Shown here one piece after another: positions 37,486 to 51,100 of a DNA stretch of 64,000 nt. The first letter of the stretch is position 1; each line of letters begins with the position of its first letter. The translations under genes and the position numbers were made by a program. A model generated the notes under the pieces. It ran no database searches. It was not told where the DNA came from and saw nothing but the letters and a program-made list of their open reading frames with translations. Location of the stretch: assembly GCA_973895155.1 (NCBI GenBank), contig OZ316897.1, positions 11,121,832 to 11,185,831 on the forward strand. The letters run 5' to 3'. This stretch comes from Marsupella aquatica (lineage: Eukaryota > Plantae > Marchantiophyta).

Positions 37486-40400
37486 ATGGGGGGAAGGAGT
37501 AGCGATGACGACGATGATGGGCAACAAGTGCGGCAGCTTCCTCGTGAGGTGCGATTGCATTTATTATATAGGATGGGCGTTGGACTACACAAGACTAGGC
37601 GAGGATGGGATGGGATGGCTGTTTGTCAAAAAATGTTGTTTGATGTGCTGTAATGAGTGACTGGTGACAGGTTGACCGATTAGGTTGCCCCTTGTTCTAT
37701 CTCCTTGCCTTATTCTTTATTCTCACTCAGAATGCTAAGGGTTGCGACTCCTCCGACTATCGTAACGACCCACGACAGGTCTCGGAGCCTTTTCCAATTC
37801 TCTGATCGTCTTGTAGACATTCTCCAAATCCAAGCAGAGCTATTTTTGGGTTAGCAGTTGCTGTTGGACTGCATTTCAGTCCTGGAGCAATTGGGTCTTG
37901 GGTGGTTGTTGTTGTCTCTCAACGCTCTATGCTCTGGTTTTTTCTCGTGTGCTCTATATCCAGCCGTCCTAGGCCAAATCGAGCACTCCATTCACTGGAA
38001 TTTAGTCATTGTTTGACATCAATCTCCTTTCCTTCGACTGCCTCGCTTGTGTAACCCTTGGCAACGCGATGTAATGAGCGGGTTTCTGAGGTAAATCGTA
38101 TTGTGCAAAGATGTTGTTTCTTCTACTGGTCCCGTTCTGATCCAAAGCATGGTGTGTGAGGCGACGAGAACTGACGGATTTGAACGGCAGGTCAGATGCA
38201 ATTGCTTCGTCCGTCCATCACTGGCATGTACGGTGGTTTTGCAGTAAATTTGTTGCTTTCAATTCCTTTTGCGTTTTGATATCCAGGCTCTGGGTAGCTC
38301 ATGATTGTTTCTGTCATAATTGGTGAGACATGTAAATACCCAATATTCTTGGCTCCCAGGTCTCAGAAAGCATTGCAATGAACAATGCTGATCCAAACCC
38401 AACTTCTCTCTACCTGGGCTTCCGCTCATTCATACATTTCGTGTCCTGCTTTGAATTCAGGGCTTCCAGCTTGCAATTGCTGACATGTTGATGACAATTT
38501 GGTAGAGGACTGTCATTTGTTTTGAAAATTAGCTGTCGTTTTCTCAGTCGTTTAGGTGTTAGAACTCCTTTTTTACAAATTTTCATTTTGTTTTATTTTG
38601 CCCCCTCCTGTCTTATCTGCTTTCTCCGTCTCTCCTTCCTCAGCCGTCAGCTATGAAAGGGTATCTGAATATTTTGGATTTGGTTTCAGGGAAGAGTAAT
38701 TTGTTCAATTTGGCAGCGTGCCGTGAAAGGTTCTCGTTCCCAGCGGTTGAGGGCCAATGAGTCACTCTTATGCTGTGGACCTGGATCGTTTTTTGCCTCC
38801 TGTGAGTACACTAAGTCACTGGTGGTTGGAAAATTTATATTTTGTTCAGTTTGTGTATTTCCCGTAGTGTCTTTCCTTCTGACGACATTTTGCAACTCCT
38901 GCTGGTTTCCTGTTATCACTGTGTTCTTAGGGATGCTTTGCGTCTCTGATTGCAAGTCTTGTCCACTTCCATTTTTATTTAACGTAATCCGTCTCACCTC
39001 AACTTCGCTACCGAGCTTCATTTCCTGAGCTTGTCGTCTGCTTAAATCAAGTACCGCTGGGCTTTTCTCGATCTTTACTCTGGCCTTGAAATAACAGCAG
39101 TGTTCCTGCCTCTTGTTAGCTCTCAGACAACGAAATGTGCCTGATCCAAGTAGTATGTATTCTTAATTAAGATTTTCTTTTTCTCTCATCTAAGGAATCC
39201 AGCAGGACAAATTAAGAGAAGAGTTGGATAAATGACGAACTTTATTCTCAGATGACAATGTCTCGGGCCCGGATTTCCAAATTAAAGCGAGCCGTTCTTT
39301 GATTTCATCTCTAGTAAGCACGCTGTACTTAATGGTAAATCTTGCCGTGACAATCAGTTAAGCCCTAGGGGTTTTTAAGTATCCAACTCAGGTGTAGAAC
39401 GTAAACTCGAACTCTAGGCTGAGTCTCTTAATGGTTTGCAGTGGAGTCTGAATTGTTTTTATGGGCAATTTTTAAAAGAAGTCTATGAAAGTGGATTGAT
39501 CCAATATCTGTAATTGGAGCGAGTCACATTCTTGGACTTGTTGTAGATGTTGCCTATACAAACAGTGCAGAAAAGCTGCCCCCGAAATTTTGAATCTGTC
39601 TGGTGTGCATCTCACTCCAAGCAAGACCGCGAGAGCAATGGCCCAGTTGGAAACCTGACGAGTGCAGGTCTCACAAATATTGTACAGTGAGAGGAAATGG
39701 CGCCTCCATTTCCCTGCGTAGACATATATGGCCAGGTTTGGTAATGTTCTTAGAAAAATGCTCCACTTGTAACTCAGAAGGAAGGCGATTGAGAGGTTCA
39801 ATTCCTGACGAGAATTTGACGAGATAATATAAGAATGTACTCAAGAACCTGACGTCAGGAAAGTTGATTGAGTAAATCCCCTTCCAGCTCAAGTCCTTGG
39901 GTCTGGCAGGGGTTAGAGTTGAACAAAGAAGACGGGCACCAGTTCTCTCCCAGGAAGGGGTTCCAATTAATGGACTTGGGTGATCGTGTTCAAACCCGAG
40001 TGGTCTGAATCTAGATTTTTGCTTTTACAATTGAAGGTGAAAGGTCTGAAAAATTCAAACAAAAAAAAAAAGGGTTTCCATGTGATACGGGAAGTGGTTT
40101 TATAAGGAGATTTTTCTTGCTTCAAACTGCACCAGCCAAGAGTATCTGAACTACTTGTTGCAATCGGGAATGTTGTGTAATTGCTGACAGTTTTCTATGC
40201 CACAGAGAGAGGCTGCACCAGCGGCTCCAAATGGGTGCGAAGCACAATGCTGGGGTTGTGCTTTGTGGTTGGTGCTACCGGGTTATGTTCCGATTTTCAA
40301 ATGTGGATGGTGCGGTGCCCTAACTATCAATAAGCCTAAGGCACAGCGCAGCAAATGGAAACGTCGGCTGTGGACTTTCCGGGATCGCATGTTTGTGCTG

Positions 40401-42298
40401 TGTGTCGTTTTGATTATCGTTTCTATGATATGTAAGTGCACCAACCTATCCTACTTTTTGAAAGAGCTACTTATGTCCATTCAGACCTCTCATGTCAGCA
40501 ATGCTCTGCTTCATCTTTTCAAGATGTGTCTCCTCAATTCCCCCAGTATTGGTGTCACTGGAGAAATTTGCTTTTCTTCACATGGTATATTCTCTGTTTG
40601 GGACAGTAGAATCCTCTGAGGACCTGCCCACCTCGCACTGCTGTCCTTGTAGGATGTAGGATGGCTAATTACCTCAAGCGTTTAGCTTAGTTTGCCATCA
40701 CTTTGTCTCGGTCAGAGATCAGACGAAAGTCTTAAAGAAACTCACGTTTGGATAGACTCAAGCAATTTGGTTTTACCACTAGCTGAAGATCAATGTTTGC
40801 ACACTTAAGTGAATGCCTAGTGTGGTTTTGTATTTCAGTATGCTAAACTTAGGTCATTGGTACGATACGCGACGCAGGTGGAGGAGTGTGGGCAGCTTTT
40901 CCAGTTCTCTTCCCATCCATGAGTTTTGGCCTCTTATTTCACACTACCATAACATTCCTCCTGTCTTTCAACACGCTTTTCAATTTTGTGGTGGCATCGT
41001 TTATCGCGCCCGGTCCAACTCGGAGAGTTTCCTGGGGACATGTGGGAGCTGTAAAAAAAAGTTCTCTGGAGGGATATACTTTCTGTGATTTCTGTAAGTG
41101 GCCGAAGCCACGACGTGCTCATCATTGTCGCACTTGTGATACCTGCGTGCTCGATATGGATCATCACTGCCCATTTGTAAGTTTTCACCTCAACTTGAAA
41201 AGCTCTTCCCCGTAAATAATGTGCCTCGTGATGCTAATGCCAGGAAAAGTATACAGGGTACCAACAACCTAGCCTTGGAAATGTTATTTGAAGCAGTAAA
41301 GGTTTGGAGGGATTCCTCGTCACCAGGTCCGTGGGATAAGTTTCTGATTGTAGTTGGTCTTGGGGTTAACTCTGTTAGATACCTTTGTTTGATTTTCAGA
41401 ACGGGGAAGAAATTGTGTGGTTTTTTGTCACGGTATTGTCCTTTTTCCCTGTCACATGCTTGTTTGTCTTTCAATGTCAGTCCTCATTTCTCAGGCAATT
41501 CTTCATATTGGATGAGTATGTGGGGATCCTTGTGGAAAGCATGAACATTGAGTTTACAATTGCAGCGAGACTTTTGTTCCACCGGACCCTGACGTGTCGT
41601 CTGAGAGATGAATGAAGGAGGTGTCAAAATCATTAACTTTAAAGAACTTGAACCAAATGATCATAAATGTTGGACATTGCACATGAACAAAGAGTCCTTC
41701 CTCATTGACCCACTTCGCGTATTTATTGATTGTTCGTTTCTTATTTGCCCAAGAATGTGGAGGGTGCAAGGTTCTGAATCTCCTTGTTACGGGACCGACT
41801 AAACTCTTCTTGGTTGTGCAGATTGGGAATTGCGTTGGAGCAAACAACCATCGGCACTTTATTCTTTTCCTCCTATACACTGTCTTGAGTAGTGTCTACG
41901 TTTCTGGAATGGCGCTGTATACAGGGTTGAGGGTCTGGCCCTCAGTAATTATATCCAATCGGATGGACAGGTTTGAAATATCTATGAGCTTTTCAATGGG
42001 GGCTAGTGCTTTAGCTGTGGTAGCCAACTCGATCCTGAATTCAGCCAGAGCCGTAGCTCTGCTTTATCTCGTGGTAGCTAGTGTGGCGATTGTTACTGGT
42101 GTTGGCATCCTCCTTCAACAGCAATTGTCCTTTCTTTACAGTGGTACTACATTCATAGACTCAATACAGGCAGCTTCGAAGAGTAGAGGGCAAGAGGGAT
42201 GGGACAACCTTCGCCAAGTATTTGGGAATGGACACCCCATCTTTTGGGCCCTCCCCATTCTGCCAGAAGCCACACCCAGAAAAATTCATGTTAGATAA
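37486..42298 (+). CDS. PAT11: DHHC-type protein S-acyltransferase (PAT11-like)
   Basis: Exons 37486-37548 ([21 protein letters not shown]; inferred, splices in frame), 40191-40431, 40878-41176, 41822-42298. Has the CWGC...FKCGWCGA N-terminal motif typical of PAT11 and the [40 protein letters not shown]. Alternative start is the ATG at 40197. Confidence 0.92.
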
Positions 42299-42804
42299 TT
42301 ATCACATATATTTTATTGTTCTGGTAATAAATTGCAATCTCAAGCTAAAGGAGATTCATTTGACTAAGGAGATCATGTATCTCGTCAGGCAGGTCCCCTT
42401 CGAAGGCTGAGATATTTCTACACATAAATCTAACTCCCTTAAGACATGAACAGGGCTGCTGCGGTCCGTGTTGTTGGTTTACGTCTTGTTACAGTTTTCA
42501 TTTCTGAGGTTGATTTGGCATTCAGATTAGCAGCCCAAATGCCTGATCCACTGAAACGGGGTCAGCTGTTCCTCCTTTAAAGCTTCTTGCGCAAGTGCTA
42601 AATGTTGATGATCTTTGCCTACTGTGATGAGACTTTCTCAAGAGCAGCAGATCTATGCTAGAATCAAAGGGAAGGTGACCACTGAAGGCAAGAGTTTCCA
42701 AGAAACCTCCATCCAAAAGGTCGATTACAATTTCTGGATATAGCCTCTGATATAGCCAATAATGTCTCTTTCCACTGCATAGAATTCCCTGCCTCTTCAT
42801 GTTG

Positions 42805-43028
42805 ATCTACATTCCACTATACCCAGGATTGTAGATCTACCAAAACTTCTGTAATCAATTCTACATCTATATCACCGAGCCTAGCCTGGGCTGCAATGTA
42901 GTCAACTAGTGGCAACTACAAATTTTATCGGATATTAGATGTGAAAGTATAGTTACAAAAGTTGTAATCAATCAGTGCCAACTATACATTATAAGATCAT
43001 CAGATAGGGTATAGTGGCAATAGTAGTA
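42805..43028. repeat. Imperfect inverted repeat (foldback/MITE relic)
   Basis: ccactataccc (~42814) pairs with gggtatagtgg (~43007). Inner arms are aacttctgtaatcaattctacatctatatcaccga and tcggatattagatgtgaaagtatagttacaaaagtt. Confidence 0.6.
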
Positions 43029-43272
43029 TCCCAGTAGGCGCGCTCCAATGGATGCTTACAGTCTACCATGAGCGGTGTATTACTGCATTCAGTGGGTAAG
43101 GCTGATCGCGTGTGCACCTTGTATTAGTGCATTCAGTGGGTTACGCTGACAGTCCCCTAATATTACAGCTCTTTCTCTACTAAATGCACCAAAAAATGCA
43201 CCATCTGTAAGTGCAGGTATTCACTGAAGAACAAATATGTTCACACATTTTTGTCTATAAGACAATAACCTC

Positions 43273-43415
43273 TCAGTGAAGTTCCCTGTAACCTGATTTT
43301 TTACTCAGTAAAATGCCCTGTCACCTGGTCTTTATTGTCAGTGAACTTCCTTGTAACCTGATTTTCTACTCTCAGTGAAATGCCCTGTCACCTGGTTTTT
43401 TTTTTCCTCAGTAAA
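43273..43415. repeat. ~65-bp tandem repeat x2, built from ~32-bp subunits
   Basis: tcagtgaa.ttcc.tgtaacctgatttt..actc..agt.aaatgccctgtcacctggt occurs twice. Confidence 0.85.
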
Positions 43416-43949
43416 CAGGGTACCAGGGTTTTTAATCTCCATAAAATCCCCATTTTCGAGAGAAAAGAAAACCACACCAATCTCCAACTTTTTGGATTCA
43501 TGTACTAAACTGCACCCCCAAGACATTTATTTAATAGACCCCAAACCAAAGTTTCCACCCTAACCAATCCCATGAGGTTTTGGGTATGTTGATAGACCTG
43601 TCCAAGGTCTTTCAATGGTCTGAATCACTCATGGGGTCCATGAAATAACACTTTTCATTTGGGGATCCGTCACGTAAATTCTCAAACTGCACCCCCTTCA
43701 CCAGAATCTTCAAAGGGGGTGAGGGCGGAGCAGGATGGGGACCTATGGGACCCACCTTGGGATTCCTCAGTCCTCCTTGAAATTCTGGAGACTCTTCTCG
43801 TCTAAATTTTATTATTATGTTGTTGTGGTGTTGATGGCTATGTCGTCAACTCTGGAAGTCGTCCTCCCTCTCTGCCATTTCCTGCTGATTTCTGGCTTCG
43901 ATTGAACTGAATTGATTTGGATTGAATTGCATCGTCGCTTGCATTCGTG

Positions 43950-46900
43950 ATGGCTTCTGCGCCGATGCTGGTGCTGCCGCCAACGCTCTGCAGTTCATGC
44001 ATCATCGCCAGCCTGAGCAGCAGCAGCTCCAGCTCTAGCTCGAGATCCAGCTGTGGATCTATTTCAGTGCAACCATTTGATCCTGTCGTCGGTCGCCATT
44101 GTCGACCAACATCAACACGAGGAGGAGGAGGAGGAGGAGGAGGAGGAGCTGCACTGATTGCATCTCGACCACCGCATACTATGATGACGATGATGACTGC
44201 AGTAGTTGGATTTAGTGCTTCTTCTAGTTGTTCTTATCATCATCTTGGAAGTGAGTACTGCTCGGAATTAGCGACGGGGGTCTCTCTCGTGAGGTTCGGT
44301 GGGGCAATTGCCGGGGTTCCAGATCCACGACGCTCATCATCATCAGGAAAAGCAGCATCTTGGGCTGCGAGAAAGGGAGGAGGAGGAAAGCAGAATGGGA
44401 TGGTGGTAGAGGCCCGTGCTGGTGGTGATGATAGCAGTGGCGCAAGTAGCAGAAAATCGGACGGGCGGTTTTACTTCAATGTGACCGGATTTCCATTTCC
44501 CCTTGGTCCATTCTTGAGCCGGAGAACGTTCCGTACCGAGGTGAAAATGAATGCAGACTCTCCCACCTCACGTAACTTTTTCTGAGAGTCCCGTCAGCTA
44601 GCAAGACTCGATCGGAACGAGTTATTGAATTAACAAATTGAAATTTTGTTCAAAGGCCCTCAAGGGCTGGAGTTTAGGATTCGGGTCGGTTCCTTTGAAT
44701 GTGGGACGTCAATTGTACAGAATTCACAGACAGGTGAAAGGACTTTAAGTGAGGTTCCAATTCAATCATCGTGGTCAAGTGAAAGTAATAGAACAATTTG
44801 AAACGGAACGAACTCAATTTACCGCAAAGAAAAGGGAGTACGATGTCACCAGGAGAGGACTTTCTGAGGAGGACAACACTCTTTAGTTAGCACGTTGACA
44901 GTGGACACATAGTACACCAGAAGCAAAAGACGCTCAGAACATATAATGGGCTTTCTTTCGATCGCGATCATAGCTGTAACTATATTTTCAATGTTTTGTA
45001 TGGTATGATTTTTTAAAACTCCGCCCCAGGATAACAAAGTGACTGGAGAGAACTGTTACTATTCTCCGGGTTTGGGTTTCATTCTCCAGATAACTGGAAA
45101 TCAATTTCAATTTACTAGGCTTTCATCAAGCTGCACTTCAGACTTCACAATTGGAGCAACATATGCCATGGATTCGAGACCCTCATTGGTGTCATTTCAA
45201 TGCAGGTCGAAAAAGGAAGGATCTGGTTATTCGAGCAAGAACAAGCACTTGGGTTTAGCAGTGTTGCTACGAACACTCGGATGACAGTGATAAAGCTGGA
45301 GTCTGGTGGTCTCTGGGTTCATGCTCCAGTTGGTCCCACGAAGGAGTGTGTCCAGGTATTTTAAATGAGCTTGGGATTGGACTTCTTGAGCTTCTTGACA
45401 AGGTCGGGATGTCTAAAGAGCGTAACTTACTTATGGTGTTTACCAAGGTTGTTTATACGTACTTGTCAGTTCTCCGGGATCGCGTTGGGCTCCGGGAAAG
45501 TCAGCTGTATCACTTAGTATGTGTCTAGGAGGCATTCATTGTTTCCTAGGTTTTTAAGTTTTGGGGATGCCTTTTATCTTGGAACTGTACAAGAGCCTGT
45601 TAGGTTGGTGAGAACTTCTGCGATGCCTCTCAAACCGGTTTAGTTTTTGAATTCTGAGTGAGTACGCCGGTCAGGATTAGCCATTCTTCTGACGAGTCAC
45701 TGAGACTGAGGAATTAAGTTTTCCGCGGACTTGATGGTGTGGAGGGTGACAGCTGCTGAAGGAGCTGGAGGCACCAGTCGAGTTCATAGTGTTGCCTACC
45801 TTTGCTTATGAACATAAGATATTTGTTGCACCTTTTTCAAGGGCCTTCCCTCAGGCCCAGGTTTGGGTTGCGCCTCGGCAGTGGAGTTGGCCACTCAATC
45901 TACCAATTCCTTTCCTTGGAATTTTCGGTGCAAAGGTTTTAAAGGATAACGATACTGTGACTCCATGGATCGATGAGATTGAGCATAAGATCTTAACTTG
46001 CCCTGAAGTTGGTGCGTTGTCCTTCTATTCAAAATTTTCGCAGTATTAGATGAAATTTGAAGTTTTTATTTGGCTCTTTTGCCATTGACAATATTTCCAT
46101 GAATGACTCCTGACCTTGACGAAGAGTCCGCTTTTGTCTTAGGGATTGGACCATATGTGGAAGTGGCCTTCTTTCATAAAAAGTCTCGAAGTTTGTTGGT
46201 GACTGATGCTGTCATCTTTGTTCCGGAAAGGCCACCGAAGGTGGTCAGTACAGAGGCTCTCTTGGCATCAGCGAAGAATGGCTTGGCTGTCAAGCTTTTA
46301 AGTGCTGGGAAAGACGTCCCAGATGAACCTATTGTGGACACACCAGCAAATCGCCAAAAAGGTAAGTTTCCTTTCGATCTCACCAGGACTTTCGCTGATT
46401 TAGCCAAAAGCGTTTTTACTGGAACTGGGTTATATGAAGATGATGGCACGAGGATGAAGTTACAAAGATGCTGCTAGTGTAGCTGTGCAAATCATCCTCA
46501 GTTCAGTGATTTCTGTCAAGACTTCAGACAGCATTTGCATCGTTTGTCTTTCAGTCCTCAGATACATCCATCGTCGACTAAGGTGATCAGTCTGACAACT
46601 TGCAGGATGGGAGAGAATGGTACTCCAGATTCTTTTTCTGGGCCCCTCAAACCTGCTAGAACCGAGGCAAACATTTAGAACGATGTCAAAGAAATTGATT
46701 GTTTCGCCCATTGTTAAGACCTTGGTTTACAGCAAGGTGCCAGAAAAGGTACGCATTTTCCTTACTGCTTGAATCTTCTAGATATTCTGTTTGATTCCCA
46801 CATGAAGGTCAAGTATCTACGCCAAGTAGTGGTGAAATTGTATCTACCGTCTAATCACAGTGGGAAAACTAATAAGTCCGAGCCATTTGATCCAAACGGC

Positions 46901-47285
46901 TGCTTTGGTGAACCAGCTGCTGAGAAGTTAGGTCCGTATTTCTTCTTTTGATTCCATTGTTTCTTTTTGGGTGTTGCAGGTCAAGACGTGGGTGGACAGT
47001 ATTACAACTGATTGGAAGTTTAAGAAGATTATCCCTTGCCATTTTGATGCTCCTGTTGCTGCAGATGCTCGCACATTGAGGAATGCCTTTTCCTTCATTA
47101 ATGATCTTATAGTGGAGGATGAGGAAGAACGAGATTCACCTTGGTCTGCTATTGCAGGTTTTTTCCAAAGAACAATCGTGTACCCTGCTGCTGACATGAA
47201 AACCTTGTCATCCCTCGACAACTTCTTGGTTTTTGCAGGAGCTGTGAGGAAAACAGTCTCAGGGAAAAAGGGAAGAAAGTACTGA
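43950..47285 (+). CDS. DUF4336-domain protein, probably plastid-targeted
   Basis: Exons 43950-44540, 45206-45355, 45753-46011, 46143-46361, 46606-46748, 46980-47285. Conserved GRFYFNVTGFPFPLGP, RMTVIKLESGGLWVHAP, LPTFAYEHK, EVAFFHKKSRSLLVTD and IIPCHF motifs follow a long Ser/Gly-rich transit-like N-terminus. Confidence 0.9.
44121..44147 (+). repeat. (GGA)9 coding microsatellite (poly-Gly)
   Basis: Perfect GGA x9 in exon 1 of the DUF4336 gene. Confidence 0.95.
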
Positions 47286-48642
47286 GACTGAATATATATG
47301 TAACCAGTTCCCTCAAATTAGTCGATTGTGTCGTTGCGGTTGGTAATGAAAGTGTTGAAAATATTTCAATCCAAAGATGAAATTGCACCTTTGGTGGGAA
47401 TCTCTGAGCATTGTCTTGTTAGTACTTCCACACGCCTACAACACAGTAAACTATAATTAAGCCTTGGCAGGTAGTGGTGCATTGGACCATGGGAAGAAAT
47501 CTGTAAATTTTATGTGATTCATCATGTGTGAGTCATTGAAGGTCAGCTATGGAATTGGATCTGGGTAGATTGTCCAAGTCTCGTTCCTTGTATTGGGAAC
47601 GCTTTAATGTATGGCTTCGCTTCAAATATAATCCAATTGCGTACGATTATGTGGTGTGATTACATGGCACAGACGCATCTTTAACTGAGTCTTTGACCTT
47701 GTCCCAGAGATTCTGACTCCAGACTCCTGGTTGCGACTTTCGTAATTTGCAAATTGAAATGCAGGAATTGGTCCGACCTACAATGTGCCATGGTTTCTCG
47801 CTAAATTGTTAATAACCATACATCAAACAGATTTCAATCATGGCAAAGGTTAACCGTGATCTGCTTAGTAGAACTACTTTGACTCCCCGTAAGTCCGTTC
47901 CGCAACAACCACAGTAGCATACCATTGGCGTCAATGCCCTGATCTTCATTATTCGACTTATCTCTTCCACGCCTGTAAGTGGGTGGTATTTGAAGTAAAA
48001 CGGGTGCGTGCAGATTGGCAATACCATGCACTTTATTCAGATTACAACTTGCCCAATTGGCCAAAAAAACCCAGAGTGCTCGCACTCGCCTCCAAGAAAC
48101 AAAAGCAATGCAAAGTGAACTCAACAAATCTGAATTTTCCTCAGGGACTCTGGAAAGTACTTGAGATTGTCCAATAAGTCACTCTTTGAGATCACAGTTT
48201 ACCTTGTGATGAAAGCAAATGAATTGGTACAGTGACCATTTGAAGGCAATCTATACATCTTTACACACATAAATGGGAAAGAGAACCCTCTCATCTCAGG
48301 ACACTAAAACTCCACGAGGAAGAGTAACTTTCCTTCTCTTTTTGTCCTTCCTGAATGCCGACCGTGCTGCAGGGTATAGGATTACATGCGATCTATTCTT
48401 GCCAGCAAAAACTACACCAATTCCCCCCTACAAAGTCGCCCACACTCGTCCACAAAACTTGCAGAGAGACCCCTCCACTGCGACAAAACAGACCTGCACA
48501 AACACTGCTACGATTGTCAAGAGAGACTCTGGATTGGCAACCACAATCTAGCATAAACTTATTGCAAAGGCAAGTGAACCTACTGGACAGACAGCAAAAA
48601 TCCAATCAACAAATCGAAACGTAACGTACCTCGAGGAAGCGT

Positions 48643-49939
48643 CTAAAATACTGGAAATTTGCTTTCGAGTGACGGAGAGAAGAGCTTCCCGCGATGGTTG
48701 AACATCATGAAGTCCAAATTAGCAGGAAGTGAAACAACTCTGCAGCAAATTTGTGACAAAATTGTTACTCGGCCCCGCACTTACACCTGACCCGTCAGAT
48801 GCCCAAAACCTAAGAAAGAATTCCTCAAATCGCTCTTTTCGAACATGCTCTAGTTTCCAGACTCTATTATGGTCGCCTAGAAATGAACCCATAGCAATAA
48901 TACACAGACAAAGATGAAAGGAGCAATCATACACAGAGAAAGATAGAAAGAAGCAAGCGACTGGACCAGCGGCAATATGACGACGAGAATAGGAAAATTC
49001 TAATCACCTGTTCTCTTTCGAATCAGGAAGAATCGGAAGAAAGGTTCCCGGCACTCTTAATGCAGCCCAAAAGCAGAGGACTACGCTCAGAAAAACCTCC
49101 GCTAAAACCTACACAATCACGAACTTGGATGAATCACACGTTGCCAAATCCTTGAGGTTGCTTTTAGAATCGAGCCAAATTCATTTTCACGGTCAAATTG
49201 AGAGTATATCACGTAGACCTACAATACAAAGTAAACCCTCCGTTCCTGATGCTGGGTAGCACAAGTGACCAAAAGAGCAAAATGAGTTGTGTAACACTAG
49301 AGAGAGAAATTATTTTGGAGAATTAAACGAAAACACTCCTGATCAACAAGAATGCACTTGGCGCAAAAGTAAACCTGACTGACCTGAGGCGGGGCAACAG
49401 AAAATTCCTCCCCCTTAAGCTTCAGAACTCCACGATCTGGAAGACCAGGCAGACGTTAAAAGTCCTCCTCAAGACTCGCAAAACATACATATCCAACATT
49501 TCTAAATTTAGCACATCAGCACCTGACGCTCGCAATCGAGAGACTATCACATAAAACACTATCAGAAACGAGTCCAACCCAGTCCCAAAACCCTAGCCAA
49601 GGTCTTCCACTCTGCTTCATACCTTCCAAACGAAAACCAGTGCGAAATTCTCGACCTCACGATCAGAGACGAAACCCTAGCTACTAGGATTGTGCCAGTC
49701 CGCCCTACCAATCCTCGTCCCATCAATGCGGCAATAGCCAAAACCCATAATTGACAATCTACAGCAGTCACGGGACCGAAGAACAGTCCACAGAAGAACG
49801 ATCCAAGTGGCGAGGCCGTAAGAGAGAAACACGGTCTCGGCAAACTCCCCTCATCAGAGTACTCACATGAAATCGTTAAATGTGCAGCGTGGGCCAGAAT
49901 CAGAATGCCGACAGCTCCGATCACCACATCGACCTTCAT
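48643..49939 (-). CDS. EMC5: Membrane magnesium transporter / ER membrane complex subunit 5 (MMgT family)
   Basis: Exons 49939-49867, 49436-49384, 49108-49008, 48739-48643. Protein MKVDVVIGAVGILILAHAAHLTISYRGVLKL...PPQVLAEV...VPGTFLPILPDSKENRVVSLPANLDFMMFNHRGK, with LAHAA and FxxFNHRG signatures. Confidence 0.92.
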
Positions 49940-50218
49940 CTTCGCCTCGTCGTCGTCGTCGTCGTCCCCGCTCCACGATTTCCCTCCTTGCTACTCCAAT
50001 TTATCCCGCACGTCCTCCGACTGGTGTGGCAAGCGAAGTGGGAGTAAACCAGCTCGCCCAAGCTCCTGTGTGGGGCAGCACCGTTGCGCATAGGCTAGAA
50101 CACCGTGTGCGCTGAAGCTTGACGAGCAGAGAAGAGAACCTCTAGGGCAGCATATTTTTTTTAAGGTTTTTTGTTTTTATCTTGGAATGTTGTGGGCGAA
50201 TGTCTACTCTAGTAATGT

Positions 50219-50472
50219 CTAGGAAAGAGCCCTATGCCTGTGTGTTGCACGGCTGACCCATAGTGAGTAGGGACACATAGTGAGTAGGGCACGGGTATTT
50301 ATAGGGCAGTGTGGATAAAGCACATATGTGTCACTGGTGTCAATTTCCTCCATCAATGGTCAGGGAAAACAGTCAAACTAATCCAATGGTTGTGTATCTT
50401 TCCCGCCAAGGAACTTTTTTGTATTGGGACGAAGGGACAAAAAAATGCGAGAACTCTTATTATAGTTGTAAA
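50219..50472 (-). mobile_element. Non-autonomous mini-Helitron, copy B
   Basis: Minus strand reads A|TTTACAACTATAATAAG ... ccgtgcaacacacaggcatagggctctttcCTAG; homologous to 20530-20785. Confidence 0.65.
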
Positions 50473-51100
50473 TGTTGTGGCGAATGTTCTTTATCAGTTT
50501 CCTGTATTATATCAGTTTTCCAGTTTTATATTCTGACCCTGAGATATCCTTAGATTTACTGAAGACCGCTAGATTCTGGCTAATGGGGTCCATGATTTGG
50601 TAGGAAAGTGACCAATGACATAGAAAGAATCTAGCAATTTTTAGCCAAAAGTGGCAAACACTTTTGGGGGAGGTGGAATTTGGCAAAAATTAATACCTAG
50701 AGAATACACCCAACGGGGTTAAGCCATTACCCCCAAGTGGGCATGAGTTACCCAGCATAAAGACCGAGCAAATTTTTACACAACATGCAGTTCAGTTTAA
50801 TTTACATAGGAAAAGTCTGATTTGTCACTGTCTGTCACTTGCACTTTACTCTATTTCTCATTCAAATTTCATAATCCCCAGGCCAGGCTGGCCAAAGGTT
50901 ATGGGGTTATGTGGCTTCACCCGAGGAATAATGCCTCATAACCTTGTAAACACATACAAAGGAAAAAATTCAGAAGGGGTTTACCACCACAACAACATTG
51001 AGAAGCAGGTGAAACCTAAGAGCACCTCACTAGACACCCTTACACTAACACACGCTGTAACTGTAACTCGGTGTTCAACCCAGTAGGCATTTACTATTCC

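Noticed and set aside
39725-39810. tRNA/SINE-like A box (tggccaggtttgg) and B box (ggttcaattcc) in PAT11 intron 1
   Set aside because: No acceptor or anticodon stem can be folded, the T-stem has only 3 bp, and there is no TSD or tail.
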